DNA from: Octopus vulgaris
Taxonomy: Eukaryota
Length of the DNA: 64,000 nt
Direction of reading: 5' to 3'
Assembly: GCA_951406725.2 (NCBI GenBank)
Contig: OX597817.1
Coordinates: forward strand, 25,730,001-25,794,000
Shown here: piece after piece, positions 40,861 to 54,750 of the stretch
Position numbering within the stretch: position 1 is the stretch's first letter
Layout: each line of letters starts with the position of its first letter
The notes under the pieces: model-generated
Told to the model about the DNA's origin: nothing
Seen by the model: only the letters and a program-made list of their open reading frames with translations
Databases searched by the model: none
Translations under genes and position numbers: made by a program

Positions 40861-41343
40861 ATATAAGTATATGTATATATATATTATGCTGATGCAAACA
40901 GGAAAAAAATAGAACTCAAAATATGAGTATATGTTATGTATATAACATTTAGCAGAAGTAACAAAGTGACTCGAAGTCCAAGAGTTTTGTGCATTGGCAT
41001 TTATCAAGCTAGTCACAGGATTTCAGCCTGTGAGTTTAGTTAGTTGTTGATAAATTTCCCTCTGGATTGTTCTAGAACGAATCATAATAAGGTCATGTGG
41101 ATAATTCAAATAGTTTTTCCCTACGTCATTCGATAAGCAAATACATAGGTAAATAAATAAGAAATAAACAGAGAAAACAAGAAAGAAATCTTGTGCTTGT
41201 CATCACACATGCAAGCACACACTCACATGGACATGCACATACACATACCAAGTAAGTGTGTGTGTGTGTGTATGTATATATATATATATAGCGAGAGAGA
41301 GAGAGTGTGTTATGAGCATTTATAGAACGCGTATCCTACAGAA

Positions 41344-41677
41344 GGTGCATGGTTCAGTGATTAGAGCCTCGAGCTTACAATTGTGAGGTTGTGAGTTTGA
41401 TTCCTGGACCGGGCTATGTGTTGTGTTCTTGAGCAAGACACTTTATTTCATGTTGCTTCAGTTCACTCATCTGTAGAAATGAGTTGTGACGTCACTGGTG
41501 CCAAGCTGTATCGGTTTTTGCCTTTCCTTTGGATAACATCGGTGGCGTGGAGAGGGGAGGCTGGTATGCGTGGGTGACTGGTGGTCTTCCATAAACACCC
41601 TTGCCTGGACTTGTGCCTCGGAGGGTAACTTTGTAGGTGCAATCCCATGGTTATTCATGACCAAAGGGGGGTCCCTG
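41344..41677 (+). mobile_element. SINE family D variant inserted in the foldback's left arm
   Basis: TSD atcctacagaa / atcctatagaa; homologous to 47036-47368. Confidence 0.85.
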
Positions 41678-42073
41678 ATCCTATAGAAACTCAACAAACA
41701 AAGATGGAAACGTAAAGGTGTTATAAGTTTAAAAAAAAATTAATCCATGTATACGATCGTTTTGAACGGTAATATTAACATGTAAATAACATGGTAAAAA
41801 ATCAATTTAATTGTAATCATAATTAAATTAATTACATATTACTGTTCACCTCAGTGCGAAAAAAGAATACATCAGAAGAATGTTATACTGTTACTGAAGA
41901 CTAGATAGAATAAGTGTCACGTAACATTTTCAGATATACATATCTTTATGAAAGACAATAACATGCTAAGATAGTGTTGAATCTAGTTGTATATGAACTA
42001 TAACTCATTGTCATAGCTCATACACAACTAGCCTCAACACAATCTTAGTATGTTATTGTTGTTCATAAAGATA

Positions 42074-42379
42074 TCTTTATATATAAAATTGAAGTTGTGT
42101 GTGTGAGACTGTCTCCTCCGATTTAGATTCCTAACTACTCTCACATTTTGCGCTGCAGTTTAACCAAAAGCGGGTATCTTATAGTCGTCATTCATATCGA
42201 GCCCTTCCGGGTATTAGCGTGCGTCTACGATGAGTCTACGATTAAAAAAAAAATTACCATCATTTTTCCGCATTTTTAATGATTTTTGCTCGGGTTATAT
42301 AAGGGAAGTGTAACTCTCTAAAAATGCTTATATACTTATTTCCCTTACAAACCCGAGCAACGCCGGGCGATACTGCTAG
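42074..42379 (+). mobile_element. Non-autonomous Helitron-like element in the foldback's right arm
   Basis: 5' TC; 3' CCCGAGCAACGCCGGG..CTAG; A|T site. Confidence 0.85.
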
Positions 42380-42644
42380 TTATGTATAACCGAATATGTT
42401 ATGCGACACACCCCATCTAGTTTTCAGTAACCCTATAACATTCTTTTTGAAGTATTCTTTTTTCGCCCTGAGGAGAACAGTAATATGTAATTAATCTAAT
42501 TATAATTAAATAAATTTTTTACCATGCTATTTACATGTTAATATTACCATTTGAAACGATCTTATGCATGGATTAAATTTTATTTCAACTTGTAACACCT
42601 TCTCTTCTCCATCATTGTTGAGTTTCTATAGGATACATGTTCTA

Positions 42645-43512
42645 TTAGGTTGGCAACTAAGTTCCTGCCGTTTATTTAAATTTTGGAATTTATTGCATTT
42701 TAAAATTTTGTAATCTATTTTTTCGAGAAATCTCTTGTTGAATCATTTTGGAATCTTTTTTTTTTTTCTAGTTAATTTTAATTAATTTTTGTTTAAAATG
42801 GAATGTCAAGTTAAGAAAAATGAGAATTTTTTACACCTCCTTCTTTTTGCTTTTAATCAAGGTTCTCAGGCCGCAAAAGCTGCTCACTGTGTATGGAGAG
42901 GGTGCTATAGCTAAAAGAACCACTTGTGATTGGTATGCCAATTTCAAAAATGGAAATTTTGACCTCAAAGATGCACCTCATTGTAGCCATCCAGTTGAGT
43001 TCAATGAAGAGTGACTAAGCCAACTTTTGCACGAAAATTCTCGTCAGACGACAAGGGAACTGGCAGAGAAAATGGAATGCTCCCACACTGCTATAGAGAA
43101 GCATCTTCACTCGAAGGGAAAGTTTCAGAAGTATGGACCATGGGTTCTGCATTCTTTAAGTGATAACAACAAAGATCAACGAGCCACAATCTCTGCTAAT
43201 TTGCTTGTTCGTCACCGCTCAACTCATGGACACAAGCAACGATTTCTTTACCGGATCATTACTGACGACGAAAATTGGTGCCTGTACATCAAAATGAAGC
43301 AGTGTAAGGAATGGGTTAGCCCTGGTAAACCAGTAACACCGCGTGTGAAACAAGATCTTCATCTGCGTAAAACGATATTGTGTGTATGATGGGACTGGGA
43401 AGGGATTATCCACTATGAATTGCTTGGACGGAACCAAACGGTCAACACGGAACTCTATGTTCAACAGATGGAACAACTCAACATGGTTATTCAAGAGAAT
43501 AGACCTAATCAT
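42645..43512 (+). mobile_element. 3'-truncated mariner element with disrupted transposase
   Basis: TA + TTAGGTTGGCAAC TIR; ATG at 42798; WVLHSL (WVPHEL-like), RIITDDENW (first D), WDWEGIIHYELL; stops and frameshift; right half missing. Confidence 0.92.
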
Positions 43513-43749
43513 TGTCATCAGTGGTGTCATCATCATTATTTTGTATCCACTTTCTCTGTTGGTATGAATTGGATATGTTAGCAATATCTGTGTTGGTTTA
43601 CATATGGAGGAGTTACTGCCCTTCTAGAATCAGAGCACTTTAGCTCTTATCTCTAGCATTGTAGGTGTTCTAACACCCTCTGTCGTATTTAATGACAATT
43701 ATAGTTTTCCTTTTTAGTGATACATTGCTAAACAGCTACCTAATTTAAT

Positions 43750-43781
<32 letters not shown>

Positions 43782-43838
43782 TATGTATGTGTGGTTATGT
43801 ATATGTATGTATATGTATGAATGTATGTATATGTATGA

Positions 43839-43875
<37 letters not shown>

Positions 43876-43941
43876 AATATATATATATATGTGTATGTAT
43901 GAATGTATATATATGTGTATGTATGTAGGTATATATGTATG

Positions 43942-43984
<43 letters not shown>

Positions 43985-44135
43985 ATATATGTATGTACAT
44001 ATATATATGTATGTATATATATATAATATATGTATGTATGTAAATATATATGCATGTGTATATATATACATGTATGTATGCATATATATATATACACATG
44101 CATGTATATATATGTATGCATGTATATATATAAGT
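43750..44135. repeat. (TATG)/(TA) compound microsatellite
   Basis: Directly visible. Confidence 0.95.
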
Positions 44136-44229
44136 ATTATATACATTTCCTTGATTTTCTTAGGTTGTCTGGTAAACATTAAGAAGTGTTTCTTATTAAA
44201 TTCAACCTACTTTTAGGCTATCCTGTTGC

Positions 44230-45010
44230 ATATTGAAATAGAGTGGCCATTTGTGCTGGATAATTTATGCGCCAAATATAGAAGTTCATTAACTTGTTCG
44301 ATTCATTTCCCATTATTTATTATACCTCATGCAGTATTATTTTGGATATTTTCCCTATTTATTTTCAGAATTAAATCTGGTGTAACTTCAGCAGATATGA
44401 TGACAAATTATTGCAGTTTTCTAGCTGTTTAGCTGATGATTGCTATGCTGTCAGCAACGCTGATATCTGAAATCCTTTATTCCCCAATGGAATAACCTCC
44501 ATCTATTACTCTCTTACTACCATTTTCACATCTGTTGGCTTGGATATCAAAGCTGTGATGACAATACAGAACAGTAAGGGAGTGAAAGTATCTCTTTGCT
44601 TTACTCATATCTATATATCAATTGATCCTGAAATGCCAATATCACACTTCATTGAATCATTTGAACACTCATATGTTAGCATTAGAAAGATGGCTGCAAT
44701 ATCTATTTCTGTGCCTTTTCAGGAAGTTGTCATAAGGAAGATAATTTTTACCGTGTCAAAGGCCTTAGAGAGGCTAATAAATACTATGTGCAAGGATCTA
44801 TTGACTTCTGTTGAGTTTTTGATTGATTGTTTAAGGCAATGATCTTGTCAATAATATTCCTTACTGGCTGATAAGCAACTTTGAAAATCAAAAACTATAA
44901 GTATGCATCATTTTTTAAAAAAAAGCTTGTCTGTGATGTTGCATTTTGTAGACATGATTATAGAGCTATACCTAGAACTCTGACTATAAGATGATTTCTT
45001 ATACAGAACC
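44230..45010 (-). pseudogene. Highly decayed LINE (RTE-like) RT remnant
   Basis: Broken-frame echoes of F.DF.KA, SDIS.AD.IAI (ADD motif region) and F.YL. Confidence 0.4.
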
Positions 45011-45029
45011 ACAATTAGGGCTTCTGTAA

Positions 45030-45251
45030 CCCTTTTGTTACCGTATTTATTTTGAGATGCTCTGTGTTTCTTTCAATCAATTTTAAACATAATAAAGAAT
45101 TTAGTAAAATAACTTAGTTATCATTAAGCTGGTGTAAGGAACATAAATTGTGACTAAGGTTTGGTGGAAGATTTTAATTCAAAAGTTATGAAAACAATAC
45201 ATTTGCACTACAGAGAGAGAGGCAGTTTCAGTTGGGTTGGTATCGAAAGGG
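45030..45251. mobile_element. piggyBac-like MITE
   Basis: TIR CCCTTTTGTTACC / GGTATCGAAAGGG flanked by gtaa and ttaa (TTAA TSD, one copy mutated). Confidence 0.7.
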
Positions 45252-46783
45252 TTAAAAGTCTGGGATATACATTCCACTGACAGAAACAAGTTGGATAATT
45301 AATTAATTGCTTTGAGAGGTACTTCAAACCAATCTTTCAGAAATTTAGACTGGAATTCATCAGTTCATGAGATTTTGGTAAGTTTTAGTAGGTTAAATTT
45401 CTGCTCGTTTTCTTCTGGAAGGAAGATAGTATATTTGATAACAGATTATCATCTCACAGTGAAATATGTGCTTCACTGGGACAAAAAAAAAAAAGAAAAA
45501 ACTATTACAATACTGAGCCCAGCATTTAAGATTGCCGATGAGGTCAGGGAGAATTTAACATGATCCATTCTCTATGCCTAGCCAAATGTGTGTTTGTTAA
45601 GGATGAGGATGGATAGTAAAATTTGTGGTTCACATAAACTAAGATAGAGAAAAACATTTGCAGATTAGTCTAACTTCAAAACATGAATTGGATTAAACCT
45701 TACCAATAAGCTCAGGGACATATGAAGGTCTTATTGGTAGATGTGAGGACTGGAAATTTTCAGATAGACAAAATGTAATACTTGCATGACTTTTTAAGCG
45801 TATGTGTGTGTGTGCATGAGTGCATGCATGCACAGGCATGTATGTGTCTGTGTGTGTGTATGCCTGTGTTCGTATTTGTGTGGGTCTGTGTGTGTGTCTG
45901 TGTTTTCATTTGCAAGACAAGAGAGGAAAATGCAGTCAATAAGTAGAGTTTGTACTTTCTGTTAGAATCTCAGTCTCTGCTGATTGCTTGATCAGCCGAT
46001 GAAAGGAAGCAGTAACAAATTTTCTTAATGAAACATGATTACTTGAATTTTGATTAATTACAGCTATTTAATTGTTATAAACAGGATACCAGAATATATT
46101 CTTCAATGCACATATTATTTAATCTTCTATATTAGATGTATAGAAAACAGAAAAGTAACTTGTTGGTAAAAACAATGATATTTTTATCTGTGTGGAACAA
46201 TCTTTCAGTACGTGGTGAATTCATTTTGAGGAAAGTAAAATCTTTTACATAGATGGTATTTAGGAAATTCTTGATAAATGTCTTTTTTGCATATGCAAAG
46301 ATTCCTCAATAAGCACATTTAGATTATCCTTCAAGGAAGAATTCTTTGGGTATTCTGCTCATTATGATAATGACAGCTTAAACACTGGCTCCAAAGGTAG
46401 AGTATATTATATACAGAAAAATACTCTATTGATAAAAATCACAAAAAACTAAAAGCAAGAATTTTGTCAGTGAACAGGTCATGGTCTCAAAGTGACGAAA
46501 ATATTTTGACAAATTAAATTTGTAATTATTATATTCTTTCATTATGTTTAAATGCCCAAACAGGAATTTTGTTAACCCTTATAGATAAGGGTTTTGACAT
46601 AGAAAATAGGATCTCCAATAAAAAGAATAGCGATAAGGAGAGCTTTTAGCACCAAAATTTTTGTTTCTTTCATAACTACTGTAAACAAATGAAAAGTGTT
46701 TAGTATAGACATGTAAAACTCTTCTCCGTATAATCTGGTCACTCTCTAATAAGTGTATGTCATTCTAAAGCATTAGTTAATTG

Positions 46784-46848
46784 ATTTTATAATGGATTTT
46801 CAATGAGCCCTATGTCACATAGGGCTCATTGAAAATCCATTATAAAAT
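46784..46848. repeat. Perfect palindrome, 32-bp arms, 1-nt spacer
   Basis: attttataatggattttcaatgagccctatgt-c-acatagggctcattgaaaatccattataaaat. Confidence 0.97.
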
Positions 46849-46935
46849 GATAGCTCCAACATTTATACATATTCAAACCTTTAGAAAGATGCCATATCAA
46901 CTTACAACCCAAATATATCTACAGAAAAATGGCTG

Positions 46936-46974
<39 letters not shown>

Positions 46975-47035
46975 GTTTAACATCCGTTTTCCATGCTAGC
47001 ATGGGTATATATATATATATATATATGTATGTTGA

Positions 47036-47368
47036 GACCCCCTTCGGTAATGACTGACCGTGGGATTGCACCTAGAAAGTTACCCTCCCAGGCACAAGTC
47101 TGGGCAAGGTTGTTTATGGAAGACCAGCAGTCACCCATGCATGCCGGCCTCCCCTATCCACGTCACCAGTGTTATCCAAGGGAAAGGCAACAGCAGATAC
47201 AGTTTGGCACCTGAGACGTTGCAACTCATTTCTACAGCTGAGTGAACTGGAGCAATGTGAAATAAAGTGTCTTGCTCAAGAACACAACATGCAACCCGGT
47301 CCAGGATTCCAACCTACAACCTCACGATCGTAAGCTCGATGCTCTAACCACTGAGCCATGTGCCTTCA
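47036..47368 (-). mobile_element. SINE family D variant
   Basis: Reverse complement of 41344-41677; tRNA-like head GAAGGCACATGGCTCAGTGGTTAGAGC. Confidence 0.85.
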
Positions 47369-47430
<62 letters not shown>

Positions 47431-48367
47431 GTGTATGTGTGCATATATATATTGACAATTATAAAATATTTTAGTCCATTGAAGAGCATCGCCAACATTA
47501 AAAGCTCTAGAGTATATGATCTGTGTCTCTGAAAATCGTAAGCACTGCTTTTTCAACGTTTGCAGTTTTAAGCAGAATATAAATGGTGAATACTTGTAGC
47601 ATTTTGATCAGTATTTATTAAGGAGTTACTGATGATCAAATGGTTCAAATAATGAACTTGGTAAACTCTTAAAGATTGTCGCATACTGAGAACAATGACT
47701 ACATAACCAATCACCATCTCTGCAATTTCTTCTTTAAAAATACAACACAAAACACATTGTTATATATTTGTGTGTATGGATATGCATTTTATAATAGATA
47801 TTATAAGCATCTGTCTGACACAGAAACAAAAGAATACTTCGTTTCTGTAAACTTCTAAGGAAACAGAAAACAAAACTGTGTCACTTTCCTTGTCAAGATA
47901 CGTTTATCTGCAGGCAAAGCACAAAAACTACTGCATTACTTTCAAGAGCATTTGATAATAGTTGTTAAATGTGAAAGTATTTATAGAACACAGTTGTGAT
48001 GTATAATGGTGCCTCAGGTGTAGGTATGTATGCATGTATATATGTGTATATACATATACCTATATTCATATATTCATATACATACATATATACGCTCATG
48101 TATATTTTATAGCATTTTTACATACATACACACATGGTTACACTCACAAATACACATACAAGACAATGTTTACTTAATTAGTGACATGCTGTCAAATACC
48201 ATTACACGATGTGTCAACAGGCTTCATCACTTACAAAAATACTCAATGTCTACAAACAAAACATTGCTGTAGATGAAGAGGAACCAATATAAATGTGTTA
48301 CGAATATATTCTACAGCACTTGATAGTCACGCATTTGTGTATGCATACACAAATACCTATGTATCTA

Positions 48368-48776
48368 TACTCTTTACTCTTTTACTTGTTTCAGTCATGT
48401 GACTGTGGCCATGCTGGAGCACCGCCTTTAGTCAAATCAAATCGACCCCAGGACTTATTCTTTTAAGCCCAGTACTTATTTTATCGGTCTTTTTGCCGAA
48501 CCGCTAAGTTACGGGGACATAAACACACCAGCATCAGTTGTCAAGCAATGTTGAGGGGACAAACACAGACACACAAACACGCACATACACATATATATAT
48601 ATATACATATATACGACGGGATTCTTTCAGTTTCCATCTACAAAATCCTCTCACAAGGCTTTAGTCAGCCTGAGGCTATAGCAGAAGACACTTGCCCAAG
48701 GTGCCACGCAGTGGGCCTGAACCCGGAACCATGTGGTTGGTAAGCAAGCTACTTACCACACAGCCACTCCTGCGCC
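48368..48776 (-). mobile_element. SINE family A
   Basis: Full-length match. Confidence 0.9.
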
Positions 48777-49299
48777 TATGTATATATTACAAATGATATT
48801 CATACAAATAAATATACATACAGTACACATATGCTGGTTTCCTGCATATATCTATATAATCTTTTATCCAATGCATACACTTAACAAGCAATGCACATTT
48901 CTGATAGTTTGCATTCCATTTGTAGGTGTAAGGGTTTGTTTCATATTCTTGATGTGGTTAGATATAACAGACGAGGTTCTTAGATGTAGACTCAGTAGCA
49001 ACACATGCACTCAGACATATGCATGTGTAATATCCTCTCTTTCCTCCTCATTGTCATCAGTGGTGTCATCATCATTATCTTATACCCACTTTCTCTGTTG
49101 GTATGAGTTGAATACGGTTGCAATATCTGTGTTGGCTTACATATGGAGGAGTTACTGCCCTTCTAGAATCAGAGCACTTTAGCTCTTATCTCTATCATGT
49201 TAGGTGTTCTAACACCCTCTGTCGTATTTAATGTAAATTATAGTTTTCCTTTTTTGGTGATGCATTGCTAAACAGCTACCTAATTTAATTATATGTATG

Positions 49300-49333
<34 letters not shown>

Positions 49334-49339
49334 TGTATG

Positions 49340-49373
<34 letters not shown>

Positions 49374-49565
49374 TGTATGTATGGTATGTATGTATGTATA
49401 TATGTATGTATGTATCGTATGTATGTATGTATGTATGTATGTATAATGTATGTATGTATGTATGTATGTATGTATGTGTTTATGTATGTATGTATGTATG
49501 TATGAAAAAATGTATGTATGTATGTATGTATGTATGTATGTATGTATGTATGTGTGTATGTATGT

Positions 49566-49937
49566 AAGAGTCAACAGCCATCCAATAAATGCCTTAAGGC
49601 TGTATCATGCATGGGGACATAGAAATAATCGGACTGAATACCCGATCGCGCAGTTAAACCATTGGGAGTGAAGGACCCCTAGCCTTTGTTAGGGCATCCT
49701 TATAGGAGAATGTAACTCAGGAAACTGGGATAACTCCGACATAAAACCTGCCGCTCAGTGGTTACCGATGTTCTTCTTTTCGGATTATGGCTGCTGTTGC
49801 TTAGTGAGTGGGATTGACTCAGTGCACAGCCTTTCCTCACTTTAAAAAAAATCTTCTTGCACAGGCATTGCACGATAACAACATTGATTAAGCTTCGGCA
49901 ATGGCCTTCCTCAGTCACGAGTGGACGGCCATCCATC
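49566..49937 (+). mobile_element. About 370-bp insert flanked by (TATG)n, probable non-autonomous retroelement
   Basis: GC-richer unique block between (TATG)n tracts; TAGGAGAA..AACTC..AAACC resembles RTE 5' UTRs (inference). Confidence 0.45.
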
Positions 49938-50944
49938 ATGTATGTATGTATGTATGTATGTATATTTGCCCATCAAGAATTTTGATGAGATAAATGTGTG
50001 CACGAGTGTGTGTGTGTGTGTGTGTGTGTTTATATTCTAGTAGCTATAGTATAAGCAAGTCTATATAGTCTCTCAAGAGCAAACTGCACACTTCATCCTG
50101 TAACATTTAGATTACTCTGACAAGTGTAATGCTTATTTATTCACATTGCTTTGAATTAAACAAGCATTGTTTTGTAGTCTCAAGATTTCAGTGATGTGGT
50201 TGTTTATTTTCACAATGATGGTAGATATAAAAGGCAAGATCAGGTATGACTTTAAGTGATTAAAAAGTGATCATTTTAAGAAATCAAAATATTCTTCATC
50301 ATTTTAAGATATTTAGCATTATAAATGACAGCAACTGGTATTCTAGGTCACTTACCCAAATGGTACAGAGTGCCTAGTCAGAAATTGGGAGGCATGAGTT
50401 CAATAATTTGCAGGAGGTAGCTGGTCATCCCCCACTTCCCATTTTCTAGGGTGATTTAGCCAAAATGCTATGCTATTCTTACAGCTATTCTGCATTCGAT
50501 ATTTACTTCAGATGAAAGAGCTCTATAAGAAGAATCTGAGGATGAACACCTTGTCAAGATATATTAGCTACAAAAAAAATTGTATGGCTTTAAGTGACAA
50601 TAAAAGGTGATAATTTTAAGAAATCAAAATACTTTTGTCTTTTTAAGAGAAAAATAATATTATAGGAACTCAAATGAAAGAGTTCATTGAGATGAATGCT
50701 TTGGAGAAAACCCCATCTAAATATGTTAGGCATTAAAAATACGTTATGATTTTTTTGTGACTTTATATTAGATTTTATTATTCTGTTCATGTATTAAAAT
50801 ATGTACATAATGTGCATATTAAAAACATATCAAAATGAAATATTCCACTCATTCAAAAACTAATTTTGAATTGTTTGATGAGAATATAACATCATTTTCT
50901 AATAAGAATTGTTTAAAAATCTATTTATTTGTAACAAATATGCT

Positions 50945-51114
50945 ACACTACACTCTCGGAGGGGTTGGCGTCAGGAAGGTCATCCAGCTGTAGAAACTCT
51001 ACTACATTAAGTTTGGAGCATTGTGCAGTCATCTGGTTCACCAGTACTCAATCAAATCGTCCAACCCATGCTAGCATGGAAAGCGGACGTTAAACGATGA
51101 TGATGATGATGATG
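50945..51114 (+). mobile_element. SINE-like family E, 3' part
   Basis: Ends GCGGACGTTAAACG(ATG)n. Confidence 0.8.
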
Positions 51115-51799
51115 CTTTTATTAATCCTGTGTTACTTTTAGATGCAACCAAAATTTCTAAGTTTGAACAAAATTTGCATTTAAAAAATAATTAGAATACT
51201 GTCATTATTTTTATTATAAGGGTTAATTTATAACAGTAATAATTGACTCCTTTGTATGCATATACATATATATATATAAATGTATAGATATGTATTTATG
51301 TATATATATGTATATGTAAAAGTGTGTATATATGTATGTATTTATATTTATAACTTAACCTTATGAACTTTCTAAACTCTATGACAAAGCCCAGAGGCAT
51401 ACCCAAGTACCTTAATCTTATCTACCAACTACTTCAGTTCGTTGAAGGGATGGAACTAAAGTGGGGTACTATGTTCTACGTTATAGATTTTAATAACTTT
51501 TGTATATGTAAAGCATAATGTTATACATGTATGTATATTGTTATAAGAAATATTAAATTTCTAAATATCTCATAGAGATATGTACGGTGGTGGGGCGATA
51601 GAAAAGTTGTATACTGTCAATTTAATGTGACAGTAGGGGATTACAGTATACAACCATTCTATATTGTTATAATTGTTGTTTTAAAAAATAGACAATATAA
51701 TGTCTAAAAGTTGATGAATACCACCTCTTGATCCTCTCCATTTTCTTATTGCCATATAAGTTAAGGATAAAACAACTTTTTACCCTCACCCATTTATTA

Positions 51800-52790
51800 C
51801 ATTCAGTAGTATAATTGCAATACAATGAAAAAACACTTGTGTATTAATAATTGGGTATTCTACCAGCAGGATATTGGATATCTTTATTCAGTATTTAATC
51901 ACCTTTATTCCTAAATCATGTGGAATATTGGTGAAAAGGCTTACCACATCAAAATTAAGTAGAAGTGAATTTGTTTCAGTTGTTTTGGGAGGAGGGACAG
52001 GAAGTCGATATCCCAGATGAAACTAGTTATGTAGGTACATAGTGATTTCAAAACAATGTCAATAAATTCCTTATACAGTGGGTAGGTCATGCTGTACCAG
52101 CTATAATAGATCTAAGTCTTCAGTCATTTGGACGTAGTAATTTTATGTACTCACTTTCTTATTCTTTTACTGCAGGCTGCATATCTTTTCACTTATGTGT
52201 TTCTGGTAAGCCATAGAAGTTGCTGGGTTTTGGTTCAAAATTCCTCATTGGTTAGTGAGTTGTAGTGTTTTGAAAGTAGGTTGTTGATCTTCTTCATGAT
52301 GTGGTGGTCTATATTTGAAGGTGCTTTTCAATAGAAGTTTGTGTCCTTCAGTCGGTCTTCATCTGAATCCTTGTAGTATTCTGCATCCATAATAACAATT
52401 ACACCCTCTTTATCTGCTTGTTTAATTATTATTGTTTGATCATTTTGTAAACATTAAAGTGCAGACATCTTGGATTTGCTAACGTTTGGCCTAATATTAG
52501 TAATGTATCGAAGGGGAAATTTTGGCAGGATATCAATGTATTGGCCAAAATAGTTATTTCTTCATTTTGGTGGGGTGAAATTTGATTTATTGTTGACTAG
52601 GATGTCATCAATCTCATTACTTTTATTAGTGAAGAATTCTACAAGTTGTAATTTACAACAGAATTTTGAGATATCCTCCTTTAGTTCTTGGTGGTTAACT
52701 ATTGGTAAAGGTGTAAATTTCACTCCTTTTGAAAGAAGTTGGATTTCATCATTGTCAAGATCTCTTTTGGATAAATTAATTATTTTAGGA
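51800..52790 (-). pseudogene. Penelope-like reverse transcriptase remnant
   Basis: LSKRDLDNDEIQLLSKGVKFTP, IIKQADKEGVIVIMDAEYY, NFYGLPETHK, LRSIIAG, FDVVSLFTNIPHDLG in broken frames. Confidence 0.85.
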
Positions 52791-53359
52791 TCTATATGTT
52801 CAGTTGTTTTGGGTATGTTTCCACTTGGATTTTTTCTTTCTCTGGTAATTGTTGTCCTGCCATTAAAAAATGAATTTTTTTCCTGTATATGTTTTATGTT
52901 CTAGTTGATGTTTGCTTGATGGACTTTGCATTTTAGTTGTGGTAATTTACTTGTTTTCATTATGTTTTCTATCCTATTTTTGGTATTATGTATATTATTT
53001 TTCAATTTCTTGTTAGTATTGTTTTGAAAAACCTGGAGAAATAATCTAGGTTTACTTCCAGATCTAGATTGGGTTTTTTTTTTTGCTCAGGCTCTTGTAG
53101 ATAATCTCTGTTGAGATCTTGAAAATGATCTGTTATTTCTACTCCTAATGGTCTAATCAAAGGAATATCTATCTTGTTTGTGACTTTTAGTCATATTGTA
53201 TGCATTAGGGTGTTTGTGTACAAAAAAGGGAAGAGTTCTTACCGTAGTTCATCTTCAACTCATGGTGAAACGAGTGTTCATGTTGCCACGCGTTCTAATG
53301 TATGTATGTATATATATATAAATATGTATATATATATATATATAGATATATAAATATGT

Positions 53360-54541
53360 ATATATATATGTGTATATATACATATATACATATATGTGTA
53401 TGCTTGTTTATGTATGTGTTTGTGTGTATATGCCAACATATACATATTGTATACCTGTGGCATTTATAAGATTAGAATAGCAACAGGGGATGTGAACAGT
53501 ATTTTAGGATTTAGAATTTTTGTAAAGAAGTGGGATGGTGTAAACCACTTTCTTCTGGAAATGTGTCTGAAAACATACATCATAATTTGAATCAAGATTA
53601 GAGAATAATATCTATATTGAGACAGGTGCACATATATACTTGCACAAATGTGTTCATTTAGACAAATACATTTTACATACAAATCTATAAATATGCACTT
53701 ACACAACCTTTCTGGGTACAGATATACTCTTTTACTCATTTACTTGTTTCAGTCATTTGACTGCAGCCATGCTGGAGCACCGCCTTTTAGTGGAGCAAAT
53801 CGACCCCGAGACTTATTCTTTGTAAGCCCAGTACTTATTCTATCAGTCTCTTTTGTCGAACCGCTAAGTGACGGGGACGTAAACACACCAGCATCGGTTG
53901 TCAAGCAATGCTAGGAGGACAAACACAGACACACAAACACACACATACATATATATATATATATGTGTATATATACATATATACATATATGTGTATGCTT
54001 GTTTATATGTGTATTTGTGTGTATATGCCAACATATACATATTGTATACCTGTGGCATTTATAAGATTAGAATAGCAACAGGGGATGTGAACAGTATTTT
54101 AGGATTTAGAATTTTTGTAAAGAAGTGGGATGGTTTAAACCATTTTGTTCTGGAAACTGGTTTATTTGGAAATGTGTCTGAAAACATACATTGTAATTTG
54201 AATCAAGACTAGAGAATAATATCTACATTGAGACATGTGCACATATATACTTGTACAAATGTGTTCATTTAGACAAATAGATTTTACATACAAATCTATA
54301 AATATGCACTTACACAACCTTTCTGGGTACAGATATACTCTCTTTTACTCTTTTACTTGTTTCAGTCATTTGACTGTGGCCATGCTGGAGCACCGCCTTT
54401 TAGTCGAGCAAATCGACCCCGAGACTTATTCTTTGTAAGCCCAGTACTTATTCTATCGGTCTCTTTTGCCAAACTGCTAAGTGACGGGGACGTAAACACA
54501 CCAGCATCGGTTGTCAAGCAATTCTAGGAGGACAAACACAA

Positions 54542-54550
<9 letters not shown>
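53360..54550. repeat. About 595-bp tandem duplication including the 3' half of a SINE A
   Basis: 53401 onward matches 53996 onward; breakpoints lie in (TA)/(CA) tracts. Confidence 0.9.
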
Positions 54551-54588
<38 letters not shown>

Positions 54589-54750
54589 TACGACAGGCTT
54601 CTTTCAGTTTCCGTCTACCAAATCCGCTCACAAGGCATTGGTCGGCCCGGGGCTATAGCAGAAGACACATGCCCAAGATGCCACGCAGTGGGACTGAACC
54701 GGGAACCATGTGGTTGGTTAGCAAGCTACTTACCACACAGCCACTCCTGT
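54335..54750 (-). mobile_element. SINE family A
   Basis: Full-length match. Confidence 0.9.

Larger units (their letters stand above)
41322..42645. repeat. Foldback (about 340-bp imperfect inverted arms) carrying two later insertions
   Basis: 41689-42004 is the reverse complement of 42010-42073 + 42380-42635; centre at about 42007. Confidence 0.9.
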
